A stretch of 64,000 nucleotides of DNA from an uncultured Thermoplasmata archaeon (lineage in GTDB: Archaea; Thermoplasmatota; Thermoplasmata; Halarchaeoplasmatales; Halarchaeoplasmataceae), in the NCBI GenBank assembly GCA_964462425.1, contig CAYWYD010000003.1:5918-69917 (forward strand). Reading direction: 5' to 3'. The translations under genes were made by a program, and so were the position numbers. Shown here in pieces: positions 37,401 to 45,822 of the stretch (position 1 is the stretch's first letter; the number at the start of each line of letters is the position of its first letter). The notes under the pieces were generated by a model. That model had not been told where the DNA came from and made no database searches. It worked only from the letters and a program-made list of their open reading frames with translations.

Positions 37401-40400
37401 GCGTCTCCACTGCGATTCGCATCGTGGAGTTTATTGTTCTTCACTATGAAGTGATCCGAGACTTCTTCGAATGTCAAAGCCGAGCTTTCTTCCTTACCGC
37501 TCAAATCATACCATTCGATCACATAGGGATCTTCTTCTTCGCCAGTTCCTGGCCATCCTTCTTGTCCCGCCATCTCCTCCAATTCTTCGTTTCCGGTGAT
37601 GTGGATAGGATCTCTCTCTAGATAAAAGGAAAAGTCGATAGATTCGGTCACATCATCATCGATAGACCTGACTTCGATCCTGTGTTCACCGCCGTTCATC
37701 TCCTCGAAAACGTGATCGGTCTCGTTTCCAACATCTATCCAGTCCTTGTCGTTCAGCCTGATCTCGTGACCTTCAATATTATATGATATCCACCTCACCT
37801 CGAGTTCGCCCTCACCTGTGACCTCTTTGTCCTCGGGGAAGGTGATGTTCAGATAGGGTGAAGTGTCCACGGAAAAGTTCACGCTCTCGGTCACGGTCTC
37901 CGAAGTCGACCTCACGTCTAAGATATGATCTCCATCTTCGACTCCTTCGAACACGTAACTCGTATCCCCACCTACGTCTATCCAGTCCTTATCATTCAAC
38001 CTGATCTCATGGCCAGTTACATTATAAGAAGTCCACGCTGCTTCAACATCGCTCTCCCGTACGATCTCACCTTCCGCCGGAGATTCGATCCTTATATGCG
38101 GGTCAGTTTTAACGGTAAAAGTCACCGAGTTTTTGACACTCTTTTTATCCCCTACCGCTTTGATCTCTGCGGTATATTCACCATCGTCTAGGCCTTCAAA
38201 AGTGTACGAGTCGTTTTCTCCAACGTCTATCCAATCTTCCTGGCCCAATCTTACCTCGTGATATTGACTCCGTTTAGAGATCCATTTTAACTTAACGTTA
38301 GATCCCCTGATGATCTCTCCCTCCTCGGGAGATATTATTTCTGCACTAGGAACCGCGGCGTTGTAAACCGCCAAAGCGTAATCCTGGTTAGGTCGACTGT
38401 CATTGTTCGCATCCGCCGGGACGTTCGTTCCTATCACTCTCACCGTATAAGTTCCATCTTCGACCTCTTCAGACGGGATGTAAACGTTCTCCACGTTGTT
38501 CGTGTCGTCCCGACCGTCGCCGTTGGGATCGAAATCTTCCATCGCGGGAGCATCGGGTCGAGTCCAGCCCTGATCGAAGGCGTTACCATTGTAAACGCTC
38601 CCGTCGGGTGCCTTTACTTCCAGATCAAGGTCGTTCTTCAATGTTCGATTATCTCCACTTAAGGCGTTCTTGTCCGTCCATCCTAATGTTATCTTCAGTG
38701 GTTCACCCTCTCTTTCCCGCTTTACCTCGTACTCCTCCACATCGCCGGTTTCTAACGATGTTTTTTGATCTTCGAGCATGAAAGGAACCGGATCGTCTTT
38801 AGGATACTCCAGTTTAGATATGTCCACCATGCCCCAGCCTTCGTCCTTGTTCGGTATCGGCCCGGTCTCGCAGCCTCCGGAGTCGAGATCGTGGGCGGTA
38901 TTTATCAGCAGAGATCTTACCATAGCGGGACTGGGTTTTTCACCGAAGTTCTCATCGTACCACTCCACCACGACAGAAGCGGCTCCCGCTACAGCGGGAG
39001 TCGACATGGAAGTACCGGACATCCATTCGTAAGTGGCTCCTTTTGAATAGGCCGGGTGATCCAGGGAAAGTACGTTTTCTCCCGGAGCGACGACGTCGGG
39101 CTTCACCCGATTATCCTGCGTCCAACCTCTAGAACTGAATCGCGATACACTAGCAGGGTTTTCAGTATCTCCACCCCCATAATCGCTGCCGTCGGGAACA
39201 TAACTCTCAGTAGCTCCGATAGTTATCACGTTCTTAGCATTACCGGGGCTCCCGATGGTCTGCTCCTGCGCCCCTGAATTTCCCGCGGAAACGGTTATCA
39301 CCATGGGCTGATTTCCGGTCGTATTTCTATCAGCGTCTCTCACCGCTTGATCGAATATCTCGTCGGACGCAGTATATTCGCCGGCGGTGGTAGCTCCCCA
39401 CGAGTTGGTGTGAACGTAGGCGTCGGCTTCCTGCTTCGGTACTTCGATTATATCGTAGTAATCGGGATCCACCCATCCTGGATCGAATATCTTTGCAGCG
39501 TAGATTTTAGATTCGGAAGCCAAACCCTGAGCCATGTAATAGGGTCCGAAACCGGGATACTCGCCTTTCTCTCCACTTCCTTGATAGGTGTTTCCAGCCG
39601 CCGATCCAGTGGTGTGGGTCCCGTGGCCGTGACTGTCGCTCCAGTCGTCATCGTCAAGGTCTTCGAATCCGTGCCCCCCTATCACCCTACCGGTCAGGTC
39701 CGGATGTCCCGCGTCACCGATAGTTCCGTTTCCTATCCCGGTGTCTCCCACAGCTATGGTCACGTTCTCTCCAGTATAACCGAGTTGGTTGATGTAAGCA
39801 CCAAAATCACCGTATTTCCTGTAAGGAGAACCGATGTCGTCCTGCTCGTCGTCCATTATCCACGCCCCGCCGCCTATGATCTGACTTTCGATCTCGGAGT
39901 GGAGTTCGGGCTCCCGGTACTGGGAGATATAGTACACTTCTTTCATCCTAGCTAAGTTTCTCAGCTCCGCCTTAGATGTGATATTGAGAGTGAGACCGTG
40001 CTCGAATCTATCGAGTTCTTGATGATCTGAAACCGGAAGTTTTGATGCTATCGACATCACATCATCGGTGCTGAGCTCGGGATTGAATTTGACATTGACT
40101 TTGTCGGGTTCGAGTTGAGGATCAAACTTGTAAGCGGGGTGATAGATCCCGACCCAGTCCACGAACGACAAGTCTTCAACTTCTACCGCGGTCTCCGGCG
40201 TCATGCTCACTTCATAGGCGTAATTGGGGATGTAATTGATCACCTCCACGCCTTTATTCTCCAGTTCCTCTCTCCAATCGGGACTCACCGGGCCGAGCAT
40301 GTGGACGATGTAAAGTCCTTCCTTCCCGGGTTCGTATTCTTCGATGCTGAGATCGGAAGCGATCTCGGGTTCTTCTTCGGTGAAGTCGAAAGTATGTTCT

Positions 40401-40708
40401 TTGACAGATATCTCCGTACGAGCCGGTAATATATTGACCTCTACACCTCTAGACTTCAACCCATGAGCTAACTTTCCGTTTGTCTTTACTAGAGCAAATT
40501 CACCGTAGTCATGGATGACGCTGAGGTCTAAGCCACTCAAAAGGCCTTCATTCCTCAACCCTTCCATTTCCACCAATATGATCTGTTCGTCCGACTTCAT
40601 ATTTGATCTCGAGATGGGATCGATACTTCCAGCAGCAGAAACGAAGGTGGCCCCTATGATCAGAAGCGAAGATAAGAGGGTCAGTACTTTCACGTTCAGA
40701 TTTCTCAT
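34469..40708 (-). CDS. Giant (2079 aa) cell-surface protein: signal peptide, propeptide-like region, S8 subtilisin-like protease, Ig/FN3-like repeats, parallel beta-helix (PbH1/NosD-like) array, further Ig-like repeats, C-terminal TM anchor
   Basis: The S8 catalytic triad sits in VAVGDTGIGNG (D322), HGHGTHTTGSAAG (H362) and GTSMSTPAVAGAAS. There are many N-x-I-x-x-N/GIYL beta-helix rungs. Three copies of EIRLNDKDWIDVG...YTxEV... FN3-like modules are present. The C-terminus reads YYLVFAGVVIAIVIARLGV followed by RKRGEEEKERR. Confidence 0.8.
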   Translation of the reverse strand: MRNLNVKVLTLLSSLLIIGATFVSAAGSIDPISRSNMKSDEQIILVEMEGLRNEGLLSGLDLSVIHDYGEFALVKTNGKLAHGLKSRGVEVNILPARTEISVKEHTFDFTEEEPEIASDLSIEEYEPGKEGLYIVHMLGPVSPDWREELENKGVEVINYIPNYAYEVSMTPETAVEVEDLSFVDWVGIYHPAYKFDPQLEPDKVNVKFNPELSTDDVMSIASKLPVSDHQELDRFEHGLTLNITSKAELRNLARMKEVYYISQYREPELHSEIESQIIGGGAWIMDDEQDDIGSPYRKYGDFGAYINQLGYTGENVTIAVGDTGIGNGTIGDAGHPDLTGRVIGGHGFEDLDDDDWSDSHGHGTHTTGSAAGNTYQGSGEKGEYPGFGPYYMAQGLASESKIYAAKIFDPGWVDPDYYDIIEVPKQEADAYVHTNSWGATTAGEYTASDEIFDQAVRDADRNTTGNQPMVITVSAGNSGAQEQTIGSPGNAKNVITIGATESYVPDGSDYGGGDTENPASVSRFSSRGWTQDNRVKPDVVAPGENVLSLDHPAYSKGATYEWMSGTSMSTPAVAGAASVVVEWYDENFGEKPSPAMVRSLLINTAHDLDSGGCETGPIPNKDEGWGMVDISKLEYPKDDPVPFMLEDQKTSLETGDVEEYEVKREREGEPLKITLGWTDKNALSGDNRTLKNDLDLEVKAPDGSVYNGNAFDQGWTRPDAPAMEDFDPNGDGRDDTNNVENVYIPSEEVEDGTYTVRVIGTNVPADANNDSRPNQDYALAVYNAAVPSAEIISPEEGEIIRGSNVKLKWISKRSQYHEVRLGQEDWIDVGENDSYTFEGLDDGEYTAEIKAVGDKKSVKNSVTFTVKTDPHIRIESPAEGEIVRESDVEAAWTSYNVTGHEIRLNDKDWIDVGGDTSYVFEGVEDGDHILDVRSTSETVTESVNFSVDTSPYLNITFPEDKEVTGEGELEVRWISYNIEGHEIRLNDKDWIDVGNETDHVFEEMNGGEHRIEVRSIDDDVTESIDFSFYLERDPIHITGNEELEEMAGQEGWPGTGEEEDPYVIEWYDLSGKEESSALTFEEVSDHFIVKNNKLHDANRSGDASSGNSGVVLNGTENGRLANNKVSFNSYGIHLKESTENVIVDNKMVNNHVGIYVSSSIGNKIEGNHVKKSHYPVYGRGIWLEKSDGNELMENSVSNHDRGIVLSSSPENHLSENNASYNGKGVELRESEKNSVEKTELFTNDIGIYVYKSTDNTLSGTQSFNDNYGIYLTHSEKNRLYDNVINHSRWYGMRIGRSNDNEIEGNRIVSSDSYGIYLFSSESNSFEDNELIDDSLHFWGRSVEHWNTHSIDESNTVNGKPIIYRKDVSGETITEDASQIILANCTDMVVKDQKIEDGDIGILLGFSDNNRIVENTVTQQMQSITLRYSNRNVLESNTLYNSTTGYYMVNSDRNVIAENHIYNNSWPGVYMSSSKKNIVFGNNISNNHVYGVYLTRSKPNHIYHNELYSDEIGDAEIEGQAYDNKNNSWDDGEEGNYWSDYKDRYPGSHEVGDSGIWNRSYGIPGNESEDRYPLVKRDPVEEFRTHIVQPSEQETVYSSEVTASWASKGEEGEIDYEIRLNEEEWIDVDDERTHTFEDLQKGEHTVKVRGEDDAGIGSRHSVDFQVDPGINVEITSPENGSTERRSSVDIEWLVENAEDVEIKLDGPGDEEGKWIEPDEEGEHRYDDLEDGDYEVQVRAEDDNGNSDSDSIEFSVKTVKIEIISPEEDQVIRSDNFTVKWTSENADFHEIRVCDRHWENVGGAKEFKLTDLQDGEYEISVRAWDKTGWRETDTVTVTVDATSPPVRIVSPDDGSIFSTDEVTVRWVFENIERNVELKHYEIKVDEEWINIGDSTEYVLEGLEDGEYTVEVKAVDKSERVGKESVTFLIDTASPQITITSPSGGTELSDRFVTVEWQGEAEPSGIEYYEIRLDQGEWILAGENTEYTFAGLSAGDHTVEVRAWDRAGNSKIVSLNFEIRRFDIPYYLVFAGVVIAIVIARLGVEAWRKRGEEEKERRMTLPELEREMDRIDQKVCEDEYKL

Positions 40709-40817
40709 AAATACCTATTGCTCCTAGTTACGGTAATAAGTATGACTGTTTTTCCTACTAATTAAATCTTCGAAAGTTATGATCTTTCATGGCATCGTTT
40801 GAAACGCGACCAAAATC

Positions 40818-40825
40818 TTTATAAT
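40818..40825 (+). promoter_or_regulatory. TATA box (TTTATAAT) for the atpH-B operon
   Basis: An AT-rich octamer sits about 45 nt upstream of the atpH GTG, with a purine-rich BRE-like stretch 5' of it. Confidence 0.4.
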
Positions 40826-40866
40826 CCTTCTACAATTCCTACCCCTGAAAAAGGACTTAACATCAC

Positions 40867-41196
40867 GTGGGGTTTTCAACCGTGGCAGTGGATGAGGTAA
40901 AAAAGATAAAGAAGGCGGAAAAAAAGGCTCTCGAAAGAGTGAAAAAGGCAAAAAAAGAAGCCGAGAAGATGGTGGAAGAAGCTGAAGAAGAGGCGCAGCA
41001 GGAAAAGGAAGACGAACTCTTCTCTCTCAAAAAAGAACTTGAGGAGAAGAAAGAAGAAGCGAAAGAAGAGGCCGAAAAGAAAGCGGTAGAGATAAGAGAA
41101 GAGGGTGAAAAGGAAGTAGAAAAGATCAAGAGATCCACCAAAGAAGACATTTCAGAAGCCGTCGATCACGTGATAAAAAGAGTTATGGAGGTATGA
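40867..41196 (+). CDS. atpH: A-type ATP synthase subunit H
   Basis: 109-aa K/E-rich coiled coil immediately upstream of atpI. The start is GTG. The TATA box TTTATAAT lies at 40818-40825. Confidence 0.6.
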   Translation: MGFSTVAVDEVKKIKKAEKKALERVKKAKKEAEKMVEEAEEEAQQEKEDELFSLKKELEEKKEEAKEEAEKKAVEIREEGEKEVEKIKRSTKEDISEAVDHVIKRVMEV

Positions 41197-41200
41197 AGCG

Positions 41201-43393
41201 GTGTTCTTTCCGGAGCGCATGAAGGATCTCACCATTCTGGTCCATGATGATCACGTGGAAGACCTTATCGACTCAATACATGAGAGAGGTATAGCTGAAA
41301 TAAGTGACCTCGAGAGGGATAAAGAAGTCAATGAGGTCGTTGAGCCCATGGGCATTTCGGAGCGGATAGGTGAGTTGACGAATTATGATATCAAGTTATC
41401 CTCTATCCTTGATATCTTCGATCGATTAGAACCCGAAAAGAGCGTGATCAAAGAATTCGTCTCTCCCGAAGAGATTAAGAAAACGAGTAGAGAAGAGAAG
41501 GGTCTAAACCAAGTGATTTCAGAGATAGACGAGATGTTCGAAGAACACGGCGAGAAGATATTAGAGTTCGATGAAAAATTGAATAATATAAATAAAAAAA
41601 TGGAGGACCTCGAGCAGTTGAAAAAAGACTTGGAATTGATCTCTTTTCTAGATCTAGAACTGAGTCATCTAGGAGAATCAAAGTTCTCCGTGATAGATGT
41701 CGGCATAACAACGGATCCCTACGAGTTCAAAAAAAATATCGAGGAGTTAGAGTCGTATTTTTATGAAGTGGAAAGGACCCGGGAAGAGGAAGAGAGGTAC
41801 GTGGTGATAGCTGCGGCTTTAATAAAGGATAAAACTGAATTCCAATCTATATTGAGGCAGAGTGACGTCCGGCCTCTGAACTTGAAGGACGTCGAAGGCA
41901 CTCCGAAAGAAGCATTGGAAACTTTTTCTTCCGAAATGAAGGAACTAAAAGAGTCTAAAGAAGATGTTTTGGGAAAATTGAAGTCTCTCAAAGAGGATCA
42001 CGAGAAAGAATATCGGGCTTTAAAGGAAGAACTCGATATACACCGTGAGAAAAAGGAGATTGTTCAGAGATTCGGAAACACGGAAACAACCACGGTGTTG
42101 AAAGGATGGGCCCCGGAAAAAAATACTGAAGAAGTCGAAGAAACTGTGGAAAATGCCAGCGACGGCTATGCAGAAGTGATTACCGAAGAACCCGAGGATC
42201 CTGACGAGGTGCCCACCAAGTTAGACAATCCCAAGATGATAAAGCCTTTCGAGCTTCTAACTCACATGTTCGCACCTCCGCGGTACGACGAGATAGATCC
42301 AACTTTTATCTTGGCTCCAGCCTTCGTCATCTTTTTCGGCCTGATGCTGGGAGACGCTATTTACGGGATCTTGATAATTTTGACCTCCGTTATACTCCTT
42401 CAGGGCATCGGGAAGGTCGAGGAAGGGACAAGAAATTTTTCATTCGTGTTATTGGGAGTCGGTATAAGTACATTTATCTTCGGCATCCTCCAGGGGGGGT
42501 ATCTAGGTCCGGCGCAGGAAGGTCACACCAATCTTTTCGGCAGGTTGGGATTAGATTTCATCAACGAGATGGCCGTCTTAAAAACATTGCAGGGAGAAGG
42601 TCCTTTGGTACTTCTTATAATCTCCTTATTGATAGGTTTGTTCTATCTGAACGCCGGAATATTTCTCCAGTTCGTGAGGTATTTGAAGGATAGGAACTAC
42701 CGAGAGATCCTGAAAGAGAGCGTTTCATGGTGGACACTTCAGGCCGGGGGGGCCATACTCATATCGGGTTATCTTTTCGGATGGGATTATTTTTTCGGAA
42801 CGGAGGCGATGTTTGAACTCACAAGGACGGTCAACATCATAGGAGCTATTTTGACAGGCATCGGCCTTCTACTCATGGTGGTTCGGGCTAAGGGACTATC
42901 ATTTTTCGAGCTGACCGGATTCATAGGAGACTTTCTTTCATTCTCGAGGATACTCGCATTGGGCTTAGCTACTTCTGGGATAGCTTTGACCGTTAACGTG
43001 CTAGCGGATCTTGTTTCGAACAACTCTATCAATCTTCCGATCGCCGCGGCGATACTCATCGGCGGCTTGGCTTTAGTATTGAAAGGATTCAAAGATTCCA
43101 GCAAGCTCGAACAGACTTTGGGATCGATGGTTTCCCTTTTAGGTATTATCAGTTTCATGGGATACGCCGGGATGATAAACCCTAAAATACCGTTCTACTT
43201 CTTCGGCCTTGTGGTCATGATCGTGGGTCATCTGATCAACGCGGTACTTCAAGCTTTAGGCTCTTTCGTTCACTCTTTAAGGTTACAGTACGTGGAATTC
43301 TTCAGTTATTTCTACGAAGGCGGAGGGGCTGAATACGAACCTTTTAAGGCTGAAAGAGAGCATACCAAAATAAAAGAAGAGGTGAAAGGATGA
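41201..43393 (+). CDS. atpI: A-type ATP synthase subunit I (a-subunit, stator/ion channel)
   Basis: 730 aa. The N-terminal half is a soluble coiled coil and the C-terminal half has about 7-8 TM segments with a conserved Arg region. The stop overlaps the atpK start as ATGA. Confidence 0.85.
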   Translation: MFFPERMKDLTILVHDDHVEDLIDSIHERGIAEISDLERDKEVNEVVEPMGISERIGELTNYDIKLSSILDIFDRLEPEKSVIKEFVSPEEIKKTSREEKGLNQVISEIDEMFEEHGEKILEFDEKLNNINKKMEDLEQLKKDLELISFLDLELSHLGESKFSVIDVGITTDPYEFKKNIEELESYFYEVERTREEEERYVVIAAALIKDKTEFQSILRQSDVRPLNLKDVEGTPKEALETFSSEMKELKESKEDVLGKLKSLKEDHEKEYRALKEELDIHREKKEIVQRFGNTETTTVLKGWAPEKNTEEVEETVENASDGYAEVITEEPEDPDEVPTKLDNPKMIKPFELLTHMFAPPRYDEIDPTFILAPAFVIFFGLMLGDAIYGILIILTSVILLQGIGKVEEGTRNFSFVLLGVGISTFIFGILQGGYLGPAQEGHTNLFGRLGLDFINEMAVLKTLQGEGPLVLLIISLLIGLFYLNAGIFLQFVRYLKDRNYREILKESVSWWTLQAGGAILISGYLFGWDYFFGTEAMFELTRTVNIIGAILTGIGLLLMVVRAKGLSFFELTGFIGDFLSFSRILALGLATSGIALTVNVLADLVSNNSINLPIAAAILIGGLALVLKGFKDSSKLEQTLGSMVSLLGIISFMGYAGMINPKIPFYFFGLVVMIVGHLINAVLQALGSFVHSLRLQYVEFFSYFYEGGGAEYEPFKAEREHTKIKEEVKG

Positions 43394-45807
43394 GTTTGTT
43401 CGAAGTGGATATGGATTCAAAAGCACTGATCTTCCTGATCGTTTTGACCACGACTCTACTGCTGTCAGGCATCATAGCGACACAGGGACTAGAAAATGCG
43501 GTCGCGCAGGCTCAAGAGGACGAAGTAGAAGGCAGAGTAGACATACTGGTCTATCATAGAGAGGATGAGGAATATAGAAAAGAGGGTGATGAGATCAAAA
43601 GGTATATGTCCGGCGACTATGAAAATATAACCTTTTCATATAGGAAAGGGGATATACCAGAAGATCGTCAGTTGGAAAATATCTCTTGGAATTTTAAGTT
43701 ATTACAGTTTGATAGTACTGAAGATGACGACGATACCTTTAACAAAATTAATAAAAGTTTGAACAAGGGTGAAGTCGATGAAGGGTTGAAAGATGCTTTT
43801 GATCAGGAAGATATTGAATTAAATCAAAGTGCAGAACTTGAAAAAGAAGAAGAGGGAATTTGGGTCCTCATTGACGGCGAGGAAAAATACCAGATAGAGA
43901 AAGGAGAAAAAGAATTTGAAGTATATAGAGAGGAAGTCTTGGATGATAAATTAGAGAATATTTTTGATTTGAATCGCACAGATTATGAGGAAAGTTTTAA
44001 TGAGAGTTTGAACCAGAGAGAAATTGATGATAAGTTAAAAGAAGCTTTTGAGGAAAATGACTTCAAAATAGTAGGAGACAAACCACAACTCAAAAAAGAA
44101 GATGGTGTGTTTTGGATAATCGATGAGAATATCAAGAAATACAGGATAGAAAAAACCGAAAATGAGTTCAAAGTATATAGAGAGTACCTAGAATTCAAAT
44201 TTGAAAGGGCGGGAAAACATCACCTCACTTTAGATTTGGAATTTGAAAATGAAAACAAAACTTACAGAGACGAACTATCTATAGAGATAGAGAAGGATGA
44301 AAGAGGAACTTTCCTCACGGCTATAGGGGCAGGTCTAGCCGTCGGCATAGCGGGTATGGGCGCCGGTATCGGAGTCGGTATCGCAGGTTCGGCAGGAGCC
44401 GGGACTATAGCGGAGAAACCGGACAAATTCGGAAAATGTTTGGTTTATCAGGCCCTTCCACAGACTCAGGCTATCTACGGCTTACTGATAGCTGTCCTGT
44501 TACTGCTGTTTACAGGGGTCATTGGAGAGGGAACAACTGTTCCACTAACCTTAGGTGTGGCTTCTCTAGGCATCGGCTTAGCCGTTGGTATCGCCGGTCT
44601 ATCCGCCATAGGCCAGGGCATCGCATCTTCTGGAAGCATAGCGGCCTACAGCGAGAAGGAGGAATTATTCGGGAAGGGCATGGTATTTTCCGTCTTACCT
44701 GAAACTCAAGCTATCTACGGACTGCTAGTGGGCATACTGATCATGGTATTTACCGGGTTGTTGGGCGGCAATATCTCAGCCGATCTACTGGGCGACAAAG
44801 GTTTGGGAGTTGCCATGATAACTATCGGTGGAGGTTTAGCCGTAGGCGTAGCCGGTCTCTCCGGTATAGGACAGGGCATCGCCTCGGGAGCCGGTATAGG
44901 CAGCGTCGCGGAAAAAGAGGACCTCTTCGGGAAAGGTATGGTCTTCTCTGTATTACCCGAAACTCAAGCCATTTACGGCCTACTGATAGCGATCTTACTT
45001 ATGGTCTTCTCCGGACTGCTCGGAGGTGGAGCGATAGACGCTATGGCTGGATACTCGGGCTTTGGTCTGGGTCTTATCGGCATAGGTGCGGGCCTAGCCG
45101 TAGGCGTAGCCGGTCTCTCCGGTATAGGTCAGGGTATCGCAGCGGCTAGCGGTATAGGCAGCGTCGCGGAGAAGGAAGAGGTCTTCGGTAGAGCGATGGT
45201 CTTTTCTGTGTTACCTGAAACTCAGGCCATCTACGGCATGCTGATCGCCATATTACTGATGATATTCAGCGGTCTGTTAGGAGGAGATGGTGTCTTGATC
45301 GGCGAAAATACTAGAAGTATACAGATGTTCTTCGGATTGGTCGGTGTAGGGGCTGGCCTTTCAGTCGGTGTAGCCGGTCTCTCTGGAATAGGTCAAGGCA
45401 TCGCCTCGGGCAGCGGGATAGCTACTGTCGCGGAAGATGAGCAGATGTTCGGAAGAGGGATGGTCTTTTCCGTATTACCTGAAACTCAAGCTATCTACGG
45501 TATGCTGATCGCCATATTACTGATGGTCTTCAGCGGGATGATAGGTGGTTCGATACCTCCAGAGAATGATCCCACGTTATCCGGTATTCAGATGGGAATC
45601 GCAGCGGTTGGTGCCGGTCTCGCTATAGGTATAGCCGGCGTGTCCGGCGTAGGTCAAGGTATCACCTCGGGTTCCGCTATCGCCGCCGTGTCAAAGCGTG
45701 AAGAGACCTTCGGTAAGGGCATGATATTCAGCGTGATGTCCGAAACGTTTGCGATCTTCGGCCTGCTGATAGCGATATTCATAATCGTGTTCCTAGGGTT
45801 CATGTGA
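43390..45807 (+). CDS. atpK: A-type ATP synthase proteolipid subunit K/c. It is a fusion of an N-terminal TM, a ~300-aa acidic repeat domain and six covalently linked c-hairpins.
   Basis: There are six tandem units of GAGLAVG(I/V)AGLSGIGQGIA...FGKGMVFSVLPETQAIYGLLIAILLMVF. Unit 1 has PQTQ in place of PETQ. The start is supported by the ATGA overlap with atpI. Confidence 0.85.
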   Translation: MSLFEVDMDSKALIFLIVLTTTLLLSGIIATQGLENAVAQAQEDEVEGRVDILVYHREDEEYRKEGDEIKRYMSGDYENITFSYRKGDIPEDRQLENISWNFKLLQFDSTEDDDDTFNKINKSLNKGEVDEGLKDAFDQEDIELNQSAELEKEEEGIWVLIDGEEKYQIEKGEKEFEVYREEVLDDKLENIFDLNRTDYEESFNESLNQREIDDKLKEAFEENDFKIVGDKPQLKKEDGVFWIIDENIKKYRIEKTENEFKVYREYLEFKFERAGKHHLTLDLEFENENKTYRDELSIEIEKDERGTFLTAIGAGLAVGIAGMGAGIGVGIAGSAGAGTIAEKPDKFGKCLVYQALPQTQAIYGLLIAVLLLLFTGVIGEGTTVPLTLGVASLGIGLAVGIAGLSAIGQGIASSGSIAAYSEKEELFGKGMVFSVLPETQAIYGLLVGILIMVFTGLLGGNISADLLGDKGLGVAMITIGGGLAVGVAGLSGIGQGIASGAGIGSVAEKEDLFGKGMVFSVLPETQAIYGLLIAILLMVFSGLLGGGAIDAMAGYSGFGLGLIGIGAGLAVGVAGLSGIGQGIAAASGIGSVAEKEEVFGRAMVFSVLPETQAIYGMLIAILLMIFSGLLGGDGVLIGENTRSIQMFFGLVGVGAGLSVGVAGLSGIGQGIASGSGIATVAEDEQMFGRGMVFSVLPETQAIYGMLIAILLMVFSGMIGGSIPPENDPTLSGIQMGIAAVGAGLAIGIAGVSGVGQGITSGSAIAAVSKREETFGKGMIFSVMSETFAIFGLLIAIFIIVFLGFM
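44308..45804 (+). repeat. Intragenic tandem repeat: six units of ~240 nt, each encoding one c-subunit helical hairpin
   Basis: A near-identical nucleotide block (...ttctccgtattacctgaaactcaagc(t/c)atctacgg...) recurs about every 240 nt. Confidence 0.85.
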
Positions 45808-45822
45808 TGGAGAACTGATAAT

